From: Escherichia phage AV115
Direction: 5' to 3' (one strand)
Sequence record: OR352945.1
Length of the DNA: 64,000 nucleotides
The stretch's first letter is position 1; each line of letters opens with the position of its first letter. The position numbers and the translations under genes were made by a program. The notes beneath the pieces were generated by a model. It saw only the letters and a program-made list of their open reading frames with translations, searched no databases and was not told where the DNA came from. This document shows positions 12,722-22,473 of this stretch, piece after piece.

Positions 12722-13720
12722 TTATGATACTAATTCAATCCATGCAGGACGCAGAACATCTTGCACCATTCGGACTAATTCTTTCTTAACAAGATTCGGA
12801 TTATCAGATGATGTTAATACAATACCTTCACGAGAAGTTTCTTCCAGAATATCTTGAACAGTCAATCCCATCACTTTGCCAAAATCTTTTGGAGTTACAG
12901 CCCCAATCTTAGAAATCACATTATTAACACGATTTAATGTAACATAACAAGCTAGAACATCAAGCAAGTTTTTGTCAATTTCGGTTAATGGAACCTGAGT
13001 TTTAATAGGCTTATCAGACTTTTTCTTTTCACTGAATTTAGAGTTCTTGCACTTAATAGCTACACGAGTACCGTTTGGCAGCCATTTAGGGAAACAAGGC
13101 TTCAGAACATAACCTTCCGCCGTATTATCGCCAATAACATTAGCATCAAATACACAATTATTTGCTTCTACAAGGTCTTCTGACGCAGTAGCATTATAAG
13201 CGGCTAAAACGGAATCAAGGTCATTTGGAATCATGATAAGAGAATCAAATGTTCCACGACCAAGCATTGGTGCCATTTTAAAACCGAATTCATTACAGAA
13301 ATCTTGCATTTCATAATCGGTCAAATACGTATTATCACCACTTTCTGTATTGATAAGGATATCGAACACATAAAAATCTTTTTCACCGTAGTCAACACCT
13401 TTCTGGATTCCACCACCAGCGAATTCACCGAATACTTGATATGATACTGCTCGATCTGCATGCATTAATTCCTGAACGGCTTTAATAGCTTTATCATACT
13501 TCTTGAGTACGATTTCATAGCCGTAAAAATCTTCTGCTGGAAGAATAGGGCCTGTGCGCTTGGCGCATGTGACGTTGTCACGTTCAATTATTAACGAGAA
13601 GTTAGTCCCATGGATTTTCTCACGTGCTACCCAAACACCAGTAGTCAAACCATTAGTGTAGAGTTTTTCAATAAACTTAGAGTTGTAGTGGTTTTCAAGA
13701 CTGCTGTATTTCTTAAACAT
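12722..13720 (-). CDS. rnlB: RNA ligase 2
   Basis: 332 aa; nucleotidyltransferase motifs (KIHGTN), T4 RnlB length and position. Confidence 0.88.
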   Translation of the reverse strand: MFKKYSSLENHYNSKFIEKLYTNGLTTGVWVAREKIHGTNFSLIIERDNVTCAKRTGPILPAEDFYGYEIVLKKYDKAIKAVQELMHADRAVSYQVFGEFAGGGIQKGVDYGEKDFYVFDILINTESGDNTYLTDYEMQDFCNEFGFKMAPMLGRGTFDSLIMIPNDLDSVLAAYNATASEDLVEANNCVFDANVIGDNTAEGYVLKPCFPKWLPNGTRVAIKCKNSKFSEKKKSDKPIKTQVPLTEIDKNLLDVLACYVTLNRVNNVISKIGAVTPKDFGKVMGLTVQDILEETSREGIVLTSSDNPNLVKKELVRMVQDVLRPAWIELVS

Positions 13721-13839
13721 AAATCACCATTATAAATAATAATATCAAAATAATTAGCAGAGACTCTATCTCCGACCCGATGTTTAATTTGAATGGATAG
13801 AACCTAGATTCATTATACCATCAAAAAATGTAAAGCATA

Positions 13840-14091
13840 TTAGAACTTGATTTCTATCCAATGTCCGTCACGTTGGTCATGATTAATTTTGTACTGAAAG
13901 CCATTATCACGTAACCACTGCCCGACTTGCTCGGTGATAGTTAAATCATTCTTTGATGGATAGTACGTGAATTGTGTCTGACCTTTGTCAGCGGCTTTCT
14001 CTGCCATCACAGAGAAGTTAGCAATAAAATCTTTCAACAAATTGGCTTTAGTGGCCAGAGCCCTTTCTCTTAATTCCTGTGCAAAACTCAT
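13840..14091 (-). CDS. hypothetical protein
   Basis: 83 aa ORF in rnlB-hoc gap, overlaps next ORF by 4 nt. Confidence 0.4.
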   Translation of the reverse strand: MSFAQELRERALATKANLLKDFIANFSVMAEKAADKGQTQFTYYPSKNDLTITEQVGQWLRDNGFQYKINHDQRDGHWIEIKF

Positions 14092-14294
14092 TTCTTCACC
14101 TTTTTGTTAATCAAACGTTTACGGTATACAACTTTTTCTTTTACTTTAAACTTTGACCGAGCTGTCTCGGCTTTAGTCCATAGTAATCCAACTTCTTTAG
14201 GTTGTAAACCAATTTTTTGAGCAATTTCTACGAATGAAAATCCCGCCTCATGTAATGTATAAACTTCAACTTCAGCTCTCATAATCAATCCCAT
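14088..14294 (-). CDS. hypothetical protein
   Basis: 68 aa ORF, basic C-terminus; co-oriented with rnlB. Confidence 0.4.
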   Translation of the reverse strand: MGLIMRAEVEVYTLHEAGFSFVEIAQKIGLQPKEVGLLWTKAETARSKFKVKEKVVYRKRLINKKVKK

Positions 14295-14363
14295 ATTATT
14301 TGGTTTGTGCCATTATACACATCAATCTCAAGTTGTGTTTTGTATGCTTTAAAAACGAAGAAA

Positions 14364-14377
14364 GGGGCCGAAGCCCC
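14364..14377 (-). terminator. stem-loop after hoc
   Basis: GGGGC-cgaa-GCCCC with T-rich run on minus strand. Confidence 0.55.
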
Positions 14378-14383
14378 TTACGA

Positions 14384-15520
14384 TTATGGATATGTATAGA
14401 TGATACCAGTTTCCAAAGCAGTTTTATGGATGACGTATCCATTACGTGATTCTTGAACATCAACTTCTGGATAGTCTTTCATCATCTTCTGAAGAGTGTA
14501 ACGATGCAGGTAGTATTTACTATCTGGATCGTCAATTTTCCAATCTTTACCTTCTTCAGTCATTTTTTGTATTTCATCCATAACCCACCAACCGCACCAG
14601 ATGTAAGCTGAAGTACGATGTGGAAGAGGATGAACATAAGGTAATTCACCTTCTGGTTCCGGAGCAACTTTATCAGTCACTTGAACTTGACCTTCTGCTG
14701 TAATAGTTTTGCTATCATAGTCATCTGCAGTAACGACGGCAGTCACTTCAATAGTTTGACTTCCAACAGATGAAGTATCAACAGTATATACATTAGTTGA
14801 TCCTTCTACTGGAGAAGAATCTTTCTTCCATGAATAAGTAATTTGTGCCGGTTCCGGTGCACCAGTAACATTAGCTGTAAATGTAGCCGAAGCATCTTGT
14901 TGAACATTAATAGAAGGAGGAGTCAATGTAACCCGTGGATTCATTGTCTTCTTATTAACCGTTAATGATACTTCATTCGAAGTAACTTCCTTTGCATCAT
15001 AATCTGTCGCAGTTACTTGGGCTACACATTTAATTCTTTTTACTCCACTTGTAGTTGGAGTATAGCTAAATGTAGAGTTAGTTTCTCCACCAACCTGTGA
15101 ATCATCTACATACCACTGATACGTAGCAGACGCTCCAACCGGTTGAGAAGCTAAGGCGGCAGTAAATTGAACTGTGGTTCCAATTACTCCGGCTGAAGGA
15201 CTATTGGGAGTTACTGCCAACGTAGTCGTTTGTGTCTTGTTTTGAACTGTGATAGTTGTAGAAGCTTCTGCTGTTTCAGCTTCAGCTTCAGCTTCTGGAA
15301 CTGTATTTGTTGCAACTACTTTAATAGTCTTTTGACCGGCAGGTCCTTTTAGTACATAACTAAAAGTTGCTTCAGCTCCATCTTGCGGAACATCATCTAC
15401 AGTCCAAGCATATGTAATAGTTCCGCCTCCAGTTTCACCACCAGGTGTAGCAGTAAACTGCTGAGTCTGATCTATAACTCCAGTAGGTGTTTTAGGAGTT
15501 ATATCAACTGTAAAAGCCAT
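14384..15520 (-). CDS. hoc: highly immunogenic outer capsid protein (Ig-like domains)
   Basis: 378 aa; repeated Ig-like segments (TxTATDYDAKE..), T4 Hoc length and position. Confidence 0.85.
   Translation of the reverse strand: MAFTVDITPKTPTGVIDQTQQFTATPGGETGGGTITYAWTVDDVPQDGAEATFSYVLKGPAGQKTIKVVATNTVPEAEAEAETAEASTTITVQNKTQTTTLAVTPNSPSAGVIGTTVQFTAALASQPVGASATYQWYVDDSQVGGETNSTFSYTPTTSGVKRIKCVAQVTATDYDAKEVTSNEVSLTVNKKTMNPRVTLTPPSINVQQDASATFTANVTGAPEPAQITYSWKKDSSPVEGSTNVYTVDTSSVGSQTIEVTAVVTADDYDSKTITAEGQVQVTDKVAPEPEGELPYVHPLPHRTSAYIWCGWWVMDEIQKMTEEGKDWKIDDPDSKYYLHRYTLQKMMKDYPEVDVQESRNGYVIHKTALETGIIYTYP
15277..15295 (-). repeat. hexanucleotide tandem repeat inside hoc
   Basis: (AGCTTC)x3+ on plus strand, encoding EAEAEAE in Hoc. 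Confidence 0.5.
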
Positions 15521-15529
15521 AAGTTATCC

Positions 15530-16198
15530 TTATTTTAATGTTACGAAAGAAGAATTACGAGTTTCACGAATTAGAACTGATCCATCGCGATTAATATAAT
15601 AAATTAAGCTAAATAATGTTTGGTGAGCAGAAGCGTGCACAAAACTGGTTGGGCGAGATTTCCAATCTGGAGTTTCGGCTATCCATTGATAAATCCACCA
15701 AGGAACAGTAACATATCCTGGGCCTTTGCCTAATTTAATGAGTGTAGGACTAAAATTTTCAGGCAGAACAAATTTTACTTCTTTATTTACCTCTGTCACA
15801 GGCTCTTTTTCAGATTCAACAACCTGAGTAATTGCTTCTTCGAATTTATCATGGTCGAATTCTTTTTCTTGTTCGACAACTTCTAGTACTTCAACTTGTT
15901 CTGTTGGAGAATCAAACAAAAGAATAGCTTCTTCTTTAACTTCTTCGTTGGTGAAATTAACACCGTCCACATCATCTGCGGCAGTAATTAAATCGGTGAT
16001 AGATAATCCATCAGTTTCAGGTAATGGTTCATCAGCCAGTGCGTTAAGAGCTTCTTCGATATCAATAACAATATTATCGAATGATTTTGTTTTCTTAACA
16101 CTAATGCCAAATTGTTCCGCATATTCAAACAGTTTAGCTTTGGCTTCCTTTTTATCAGAAAGAGCACGTAACTCTTCAATATAGTCTTTATCGATCAT
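15530..16198 (-). CDS. inh: inhibitor of prohead protease
   Basis: 222 aa acidic protein downstream of hoc, as T4 inh. Confidence 0.6.
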   Translation of the reverse strand: MIDKDYIEELRALSDKKEAKAKLFEYAEQFGISVKKTKSFDNIVIDIEEALNALADEPLPETDGLSITDLITAADDVDGVNFTNEEVKEEAILLFDSPTEQVEVLEVVEQEKEFDHDKFEEAITQVVESEKEPVTEVNKEVKFVLPENFSPTLIKLGKGPGYVTVPWWIYQWIAETPDWKSRPTSFVHASAHQTLFSLIYYINRDGSVLIRETRNSSFVTLK

Positions 16199-16211
16199 GA
16201 TATTTCCTCAT

Positions 16212-16219
16212 TATAAATA
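16212..16219 (+). promoter_or_regulatory. late promoter TATAAATA (uvsW)
   Basis: Exact TATAAATA ~30 nt before uvsW ATG. Confidence 0.65.
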
Positions 16220-16248
16220 TAACTATATTTATTACATGGTAATTTGAC

Positions 16249-17763
16249 ATGACTGACATTAAAGTACATTTTCATGATTTTAGTCACGTGCGCATTGAAT
16301 GCGACGAAAGTACGTTTTACGAACTTCGTGACTTTTTTAGCTTTGAAGCTGACGGGTATAAATTTAACCCGCGTTACAAATATGGGAACTGGGATGGTAG
16401 AATTCGACTTTTAGATTACAACCGTTTGTTACCATATGGACTTGTAGGACAAATAAAAAAGTTCTGTAGCAATATGAGTTATTCTGTATGGATTGACCCT
16501 AAAATCTTTGAGACCGAAGACCTTACCAGGGAAGATTTTGACGCATGGCTTTCTAAACAAGAAATTTATTCGGGCAACTCCAAAATCGAACCACATTGGT
16601 ATCAAAAAGATGCAGTATATGAAGGACTAGTTAATCGTCGTCGAATTTTAAACCTTCCGACATCAGCAGGTAAATCACTAATCCAAGCACTTTTAGCTCG
16701 GTATTATCTAGAGAACTATGAAGGTAAAATTCTCATTATCGTCCCTACAACAGCATTGACAACCCAGATGGCTAATGATTTTGTTGATTATCGCTTGTTT
16801 AGTCATTCGATGATTAAGAAAATTGGCGGTGGCGCTGATAAAGCAGACAAATCTAAAAACGACGCTCCAATTATTGTTGGCACATGGCAAACGGTAGTTA
16901 AGCAGCCTAAAGAATGGTTCTCTCAGTTCGGTATGATGATGAACGATGAATGCCACTTAGCAACAGGCAAAAGTATTTCTTCAATCATCTCAGGATTAAA
17001 TAATTGCATGTTTAAATTCGGTTTATCTGGCTCATTAAGAGACGGAAAGGCCAATGTAATGCAGTACGTAGGTATGTTCGGCGAAATCTTCCGTCCTGTT
17101 AGCACGTCTAAATTAATGGAAGATGGACAGGTAACTGAGCTTAAGATTAATAGTATTTTCCTTCGTTATCCAGACGAATTCACTGTTAAATTAAAAGGTA
17201 AAACATACCAAGAAGAAGTTAAAATTATTACCGGACTAAAACGTCGTACAAAGTGGATTGCTCAACTTTCAGTCAAATTGGCTAAGAAAGACGAGAACGC
17301 CTTTGTAATGTTTAAACACGTTACACACGGTAAAGAAATATTTGAAGCTATTAAAGAGCTTGGATACGAAAAAGTTTATTACGTATCAGGTGAAGTTGAT
17401 ACCGAAACACGTAACGCGCTTAAAGTCATGGCAGAAAATGGTAAAGGCATTATTATTGTCGCATCATATGGAGTATTCTCTACCGGTATTTCAGTCAAGA
17501 ATCTTCATCATGTTATTTTTGCCCATGGTGTTAAATCAAAAATTATTGTACTTCAAACCGTAGGTCGTGTGCTTCGTAAGCATGGTTCTAAAGCTGTTGC
17601 TACAGTTTGGGATCTCATCGACGATGCAGGTGTAAAACCTAAATCATTAAATACTAAAAAGAAGTATACTCATCTTAATTACTTGTTAAAACACGGTATT
17701 GATCGTATCCAACGTTACGCTGATGAGAAATTTAACTATGTAATGAAAACAATTAATTTATAA
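16249..17763 (+). CDS. uvsW: UvsW DNA/RNA helicase
   Basis: 504 aa; SF2 helicase motifs (DECH, TSAGKS); late promoter at 16212. Confidence 0.95.
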   Translation: MTDIKVHFHDFSHVRIECDESTFYELRDFFSFEADGYKFNPRYKYGNWDGRIRLLDYNRLLPYGLVGQIKKFCSNMSYSVWIDPKIFETEDLTREDFDAWLSKQEIYSGNSKIEPHWYQKDAVYEGLVNRRRILNLPTSAGKSLIQALLARYYLENYEGKILIIVPTTALTTQMANDFVDYRLFSHSMIKKIGGGADKADKSKNDAPIIVGTWQTVVKQPKEWFSQFGMMMNDECHLATGKSISSIISGLNNCMFKFGLSGSLRDGKANVMQYVGMFGEIFRPVSTSKLMEDGQVTELKINSIFLRYPDEFTVKLKGKTYQEEVKIITGLKRRTKWIAQLSVKLAKKDENAFVMFKHVTHGKEIFEAIKELGYEKVYYVSGEVDTETRNALKVMAENGKGIIIVASYGVFSTGISVKNLHHVIFAHGVKSKIIVLQTVGRVLRKHGSKAVATVWDLIDDAGVKPKSLNTKKKYTHLNYLLKHGIDRIQRYADEKFNYVMKTINL

Positions 17764-17777
17764 GGGCTTCGGCCCTT
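17762..17777 (+). terminator. stem-loop after uvsW (UUCG loop)
   Basis: AAGGGC-ttcg-GCCCTT; no strong T-run, may be stability/processing element. Confidence 0.4.
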
Positions 17778-17788
17778 AGGAGATAAAA

Positions 17789-18022
17789 ATGGTACTTGAA
17801 TTTAAACAATTTTTATACGAAGCATCTATTGACGAATTCATGGGTAAAATTGCTAGTTGTCATACCCTAGAAGGGCTTGAAGAATTGGAAGCTTATTATA
17901 AGAAACGTATAAAAGAAACGGAATTAAAAGATACAGATGATATTTCTGTCAGGGATGCCTTAGCAGGTAAGCGTGCCGAACTTGAAGGCGACGATGATGA
18001 GGATGTGGAAGAAGACTTCTAA
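17789..18022 (+). CDS. uvsW.1: UvsW.1 small acidic protein
   Basis: 77 aa, immediately after uvsW with SD AGGAG. Confidence 0.7.
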   Translation: MVLEFKQFLYEASIDEFMGKIASCHTLEGLEELEAYYKKRIKETELKDTDDISVRDALAGKRAELEGDDDEDVEEDF

Positions 18023-18024
18023 TT

Positions 18025-18056
18025 AAAAAAAGGCCCGACCTTTTTGGAAGGGCCAA
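18025..18056. terminator. imperfect hairpin between convergent uvsW.1 and uvsY.-2
   Basis: A7-GGCCC...GGGCC-A5, flanked by A/T runs. Confidence 0.4.
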
Positions 18057-18081
18057 AAACCATAGGCAAAAAAAGGTAACA

Positions 18082-18249
18082 CTATAGTAAAAGTTGGGTT
18101 TCGTTCAATTGCTCTTCTGAACTTTCTGAAACCGGCAATTGTTGGACATAATTATAACAAGGACCAGGATGTGCTGGACCTTTGTCTGTTTCAACAACCA
18201 ATGCAGAATCGATTGGAGTTTTACAGACAACACAAATCTTATCTGACAT
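18082..18249 (-). CDS. small Cys-containing protein (uvsY.-2-like)
   Basis: 55 aa ORF absent from ORF track (below 60 aa); strong SD AGGAGG 6 nt before ATG; CxxC...C pattern. Confidence 0.5.
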   Translation of the reverse strand: MSDKICVVCKTPIDSALVVETDKGPAHPGPCYNYVQQLPVSESSEEQLNETQLLL

Positions 18250-18281
18250 GATTGCCTCCTAAGTTGAAATTACATATCTAT

Positions 18282-18506
18282 TTATACAACTCTCATATGC
18301 ATATCAATGCCCATATCTTTAGAATAAAAATATTCATCAAGATATCCGGCAAATTTTCCTTTAATATAAAGGACGTCTTCGCCACAAGGATGGTCTGCCA
18401 GGATACGAATATCCTGACGACGTAGACGATACTTTTCCATTAAGAATTTAATTTCAGTTTCAAATTCTTCGTCATTATTAAAGGCATCTTCAATTGAATA
18501 ACGCAT
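18282..18506 (-). CDS. hypothetical protein (uvsY.-1-like)
   Basis: 74 aa ORF directly downstream of uvsY, start overlaps uvsY stop. Confidence 0.55.
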   Translation of the reverse strand: MRYSIEDAFNNDEEFETEIKFLMEKYRLRRQDIRILADHPCGEDVLYIKGKFAGYLDEYFYSKDMGIDMHMRVV

Positions 18507-18919
18507 TATTGCCCCGCTTCAAATTCTCGCATATCCTGGATATGTTTAAGTGCAAAACTACGAGACTTAACTGCGTCAAGTGCACCACTACAGAACTCAA
18601 GTAAAATTCCCCAGTATTGTAAAGTAGTCTCTATTTTAAGCACATCTTTATCTGCAGCCAGGACAGTTTTCATTTCAGATTTCTCGTATCGGTCCATACT
18701 GAATTCATCACCGTCACCTCGTCCCGAGTAGTAGTCTAATCTTGCTTTTAGAGCAGTTTTCTTCTGAGTCTCTATACGCAACATTTCTTTACGAATAAAT
18801 GAGTGCTTACGTAGCCATTTGCTGTATAACTTAACATTATTCGCCGTCTCGTATTGCAACTTTGTCGTATCAATAGCTAAGTCTGCGTCTAACTCTTCCT
18901 GTAAATCTTCCAGCTTCAT
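18506..18919 (-). CDS. uvsY: recombination mediator UvsY
   Basis: 137 aa, T4 UvsY length; MotA-type middle promoter upstream. Confidence 0.9.
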   Translation of the reverse strand: MKLEDLQEELDADLAIDTTKLQYETANNVKLYSKWLRKHSFIRKEMLRIETQKKTALKARLDYYSGRGDGDEFSMDRYEKSEMKTVLAADKDVLKIETTLQYWGILLEFCSGALDAVKSRSFALKHIQDMREFEAGQ

Positions 18920-18974
18920 AATATTCTCTCTTTAACTAATAATCTCCCGGCTGTATCGGAAGGACCTAAAACCA

Positions 18975-18999
18975 TTATACATAGGTCGCCTTGAAGCAT
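18975..18999 (-). promoter_or_regulatory. middle (MotA-dependent) promoter for uvsY
   Basis: Minus strand aaTGCTTCA (MotA-box-like) 12 nt upstream of TATAAT; ~55 nt before uvsY ATG. Confidence 0.5.
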
Positions 19000-19397
19000 T
19001 ACACTCTATTGCTTGACGCTAACTGAAGTTTAATTTGTTCAATATCGTCAGGGTTGTCTACGACCGAAAATCTAATCTCTACTATAACCGTATAGTCATC
19101 ATATACTGGCGTTACACTTACAGAAAGTTTGTCGATGCGTGGCTCATAGTTACGAACAGCTGCCTGGATATTACGCTCAATCGTATCGGCTGTAAGTGGT
19201 GTCATGTTCTCGAAAAGTTCATCAACCAAATCGCAACCAAATTCAGGGTCGAAGGGGCGTGAGCCTTTTCTAGTTGTCACTATGCCAAGAAGACTATTTT
19301 TAATAGAACGAAGTCCTACAGAACGAGCAACGTCCTTGTTCCAATCCATACGCATTTCTGGGTCGATATCTGAATAAAGTTTATTGATATTAGACAT
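18999..19397 (-). CDS. 25: baseplate wedge protein
   Basis: 132 aa; T4 gp25 length and position. Confidence 0.9.
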   Translation of the reverse strand: MSNINKLYSDIDPEMRMDWNKDVARSVGLRSIKNSLLGIVTTRKGSRPFDPEFGCDLVDELFENMTPLTADTIERNIQAAVRNYEPRIDKLSVSVTPVYDDYTVIVEIRFSVVDNPDDIEQIKLQLASSNRV

Positions 19398-20023
19398 TAT
19401 AGTAACTCAAAGAATTCTTTGAGGCCTCGTATTGTGTGAACGTGTGACGCCCCACATTTGGGACATTTAATAGGGGTTGCCAGATAAATTGATGGCGACA
19501 CCAAAAGATTTTTAATATTGATCATATCATCTTCTGTTATAAGGCCGTAAAGGTCGTTTATTTCTGCTTCAGTTAAATCTTCAACAGGGATGGACTCTCC
19601 ATTGACAAAAACGGCCTCAATACATGAAGCAATCATTAATGCGATATTTTTATCGTCAAATAATTTAGGTTGACGGAACTTAATTTTAATACCACTAAAC
19701 GAATACCAGGGATCGGCCTGTTCATCTAATTGAGTGTGCAATAAATTCATATAGACTTGAAATGAATGCCCACAGGAACAATTCCAGGTGTGTTCTTGAT
19801 TCACTTCACCTAATGAATGTGCCCACAGATTTACCAACAATAACTCGGCTTCTTGTTTAGTCAAGTTTTTAGCATTAGAGCAATTAGTGATAATATTGTT
19901 CACTGCGGATTCAATAGTACCGGTAGCCCGCGCACCTATGAGTCCTAAATATTCTTTTAAAGTAAAGGCTCTACAATTCACTTCTTTATCGCCTAAACGT
20001 ACTGTAAACGTATATTTGTACAT
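19397..20023 (-). CDS. 26: baseplate hub protein
   Basis: 208 aa; synteny 26-25; divergent from gene 51. Confidence 0.85.
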   Translation of the reverse strand: MYKYTFTVRLGDKEVNCRAFTLKEYLGLIGARATGTIESAVNNIITNCSNAKNLTKQEAELLLVNLWAHSLGEVNQEHTWNCSCGHSFQVYMNLLHTQLDEQADPWYSFSGIKIKFRQPKLFDDKNIALMIASCIEAVFVNGESIPVEDLTEAEINDLYGLITEDDMINIKNLLVSPSIYLATPIKCPKCGASHVHTIRGLKEFFELL

Positions 20024-20041
20024 GTTAACTCCTTTATTGTG

Positions 20042-20049
20042 TATTTATA
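20042..20049 (-). promoter_or_regulatory. late promoter TATAAATA (genes 26/25)
   Basis: Plus-strand TATTTATA = TATAAATA on minus strand, ~19 nt before gene 26 ATG. Confidence 0.6.
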
Positions 20050-20053
20050 AATA
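20046..20053 (+). promoter_or_regulatory. late promoter TATAAATA (gene 51)
   Basis: TATAAATA ~18 nt before gene 51 ATG; overlaps minus-strand copy. Confidence 0.65.
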
Positions 20054-20070
20054 ATAGAAAAGGAGTAATT

Positions 20071-20823
20071 ATGGCTAATATAATTCGTTGTAAATTACCG
20101 GATGGTGTTCATCGTTTCAAGCCGTTCACCGTAGCGGATTATAGAGACTTTTTACTAGTTAGAAATGATATCGAACATCGTTCGCCACAAGAACAAAAAG
20201 AAATAATTGCCGATCTGATTGATGATTATTTTGGCGAGTACCCTAAAACATGGCAACCATTTATATTCCTGCAAGTTTTTGCAGGCTCTATAGGCAAAAC
20301 AAAAGTTCCCGTTATTTTCACTTGCCCTAAATGCTCTAAAGAAAAAACTGCACCATTTGAGATATATCAAAAAGAACTAGTCGAACCTGAACTTGATGTT
20401 GCTGGTATAAAAATACGTTTTTCTTTCCCTGAAAAGTTTTATGACAACAAGGCATTAATGATAAGTGAAAACATAAAAGAAATATATTATAATGATGAAT
20501 GGTACCCATGGAATGATTTGACTGAAGAGAACCAAATCCAAGTAATAGAAGCAATAGACATTGACTCGCTCGAGAAGGTTATTGCTTCTATGAATCCTAT
20601 TAATTTGACCCTTAGATTAGGTTGTTGTGAACGACATGTTAAAACATATACTGATATCTTAGAGGTTTTTAAATTGTTAGTTAACCCTGATGAGATTTTT
20701 ACATTCTATCAGATAAACCATTCACTAGTAAAGAGCCAATACACATTGGATTCTATTATGCAAATGATTCCTGTTGAACGTGGTATTGCTTTAACATTAG
20801 TAGAAAAGGACCATAAAAAATGA
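20071..20823 (+). CDS. 51: baseplate hub assembly protein
   Basis: 250 aa; synteny; late promoter at 20046. Confidence 0.85.
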   Translation: MANIIRCKLPDGVHRFKPFTVADYRDFLLVRNDIEHRSPQEQKEIIADLIDDYFGEYPKTWQPFIFLQVFAGSIGKTKVPVIFTCPKCSKEKTAPFEIYQKELVEPELDVAGIKIRFSFPEKFYDNKALMISENIKEIYYNDEWYPWNDLTEENQIQVIEAIDIDSLEKVIASMNPINLTLRLGCCERHVKTYTDILEVFKLLVNPDEIFTFYQINHSLVKSQYTLDSIMQMIPVERGIALTLVEKDHKK

Positions 20824-21992
20824 AAGTATTCCAACGTCCAGGATATCCTAACTTAAGCGTTAAATTATACCAAGATTATTCGGCTTGGCAAGAAAATAGA
20901 TACGTTGAACTCGCGGCAACAATAACAACTTTAACCATGCGAGATTCGCTATATGGAAGAAATGAAGGGATTCTTCAATTTTATGACACTAAAAACATCC
21001 ACACTAAAATGGACGGTAGACAGATAGTTCAAATCTCTGTTTCAAATTCAAACACACCTCTCCAAGTTAGAACTCGAATTTATGGATGTAGACATTATTC
21101 TGTGTCTGTGGACTCAAAAGGTGACAATATTATTGCAATTGAGCTTGGAACAATACATTCTATAGAGAACCTTAAATTTGGGCGTCCATTCTTCCCGGAC
21201 GCAGGCGAATCTATACGTGAAATGTTAGGTGTCATATACAAAGACCGTGCGTTAATTACTCCGCCAATAAACACTATTAATGCTTATGTTCCTGATATCC
21301 CTTGGACAAGCACATTTGATGATTATTTGGCATATGTCAGAGAATTAGGACTTGCTACAGCGAGTGATAAGTTCGTATTCGTATGGCAAGATATTTTAGG
21401 CGTAAACATGATTGACTATGATACTCTTATTGGTCAAGAAGGCGTTAAGATGGTTGTAGGCGAGCCAAATACCGTAGGTCAGTATATTCAAGAGCTTGAG
21501 TATCCATTAGTATGGGATTTCACCTGGATGACTAAAGCTAACCAATTTACAAGAGACCCTATTAAAAACGCCACGATATTCGCTCATTCATTTTTAGATA
21601 CATCTATTCCGGTTATTGTTACAGGCGATGGTGATAATGCTATTCTTGTGTCAAGATCCGGTGGATATTCCGAAATGACCTATCGTAATGGATTTGAAGA
21701 AGCAAGTCGTCTTCAGACAATGGCTCAATATGACGGATATGCTAAATGCACTACTACAGGCAATTTTAACATAACGCCTGCTACTAAAATTATATTTGTT
21801 GACCAAAAGAACCAATTCAAATCCGAATTTTACGTAGATGAAGTTATTCATGAGTTATCAAATAACAACTCACAAACTCATCTGTACATGTTTACCAACT
21901 CAATGGTGTTAGAACCTGTTAACCCAGTTAAGGTTAAAAATGAACTTAAATCTGATTCTACCTCTAAAGAAAATAATTCTACCACAGTCTAA
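20820..21992 (+). CDS. 27: baseplate hub protein
   Basis: 390 aa; T4 gp27 length and position. Confidence 0.9.
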   Translation: MKVFQRPGYPNLSVKLYQDYSAWQENRYVELAATITTLTMRDSLYGRNEGILQFYDTKNIHTKMDGRQIVQISVSNSNTPLQVRTRIYGCRHYSVSVDSKGDNIIAIELGTIHSIENLKFGRPFFPDAGESIREMLGVIYKDRALITPPINTINAYVPDIPWTSTFDDYLAYVRELGLATASDKFVFVWQDILGVNMIDYDTLIGQEGVKMVVGEPNTVGQYIQELEYPLVWDFTWMTKANQFTRDPIKNATIFAHSFLDTSIPVIVTGDGDNAILVSRSGGYSEMTYRNGFEEASRLQTMAQYDGYAKCTTTGNFNITPATKIIFVDQKNQFKSEFYVDEVIHELSNNNSQTHLYMFTNSMVLEPVNPVKVKNELKSDSTSKENNSTTV

Positions 21993-22473
21993 TAAAAAGG
22001 TAATGATTCCTAAATTAGGGCTCAAACATTATAATCTTTTAAAGGACGTTAAAGGTCCTGATGAAAACATGAAAATCTTAGCTGATTCTATTTGTAAAAA
22101 TATGAGTCCCGCAGATTTTGATTTTGCATGTCTACACATATTGGAATTTAATAACAAACTTAAGTCTGAAGTTGAAAAAGATGGATTCACTTATAAACTA
22201 GATGACGTCTATGTATGCCAACGAACAGAATTCCAATTCCAAGGTAATACTTTTTATTTTAGACCACCAGGCAAATTTGAACAATTCGCTACAATCAGTG
22301 AAATGCTATCAAATTGCTTAATAAAAGTTAATGACGAAGAGAAAGAAATTTCTTTCCTTGAGATGCCTGCTTTTGTAATCAAATGGGCAGAAGACCTTTC
22401 GACAACTATTGCTATTCCAGGCCCTAATGGTCCTATTAAGGGTATAGCAGAAATTATTGGATTGCTTGAATGA
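21940..22473 (+). CDS. 28: baseplate hub distal subunit
   Basis: 177 aa; ATG with AAGG SD; overlaps 3' end of gene 27 by 53 nt. Confidence 0.8.
   Translation: MNLNLILPLKKIILPQSNKKVMIPKLGLKHYNLLKDVKGPDENMKILADSICKNMSPADFDFACLHILEFNNKLKSEVEKDGFTYKLDDVYVCQRTEFQFQGNTFYFRPPGKFEQFATISEMLSNCLIKVNDEEKEISFLEMPAFVIKWAEDLSTTIAIPGPNGPIKGIAEIIGLLE

Noticed and set aside
14300-14340. Possible sigma70 promoter (TTGAGA ... TGTATAAT) upstream of ORF 14088..14294
   Set aside because: Spacing between candidate -35 and -10 is far from 17 nt; it does not match the recurring early-promoter motif.
18075-18093. GTAACACTATAGTA motif resembling the early-promoter -10 region
   Set aside because: No GTTTAC-like -35 at the right spacing on either strand, and it lies at the 3' end of a coding region; probably a coincidental partial copy.
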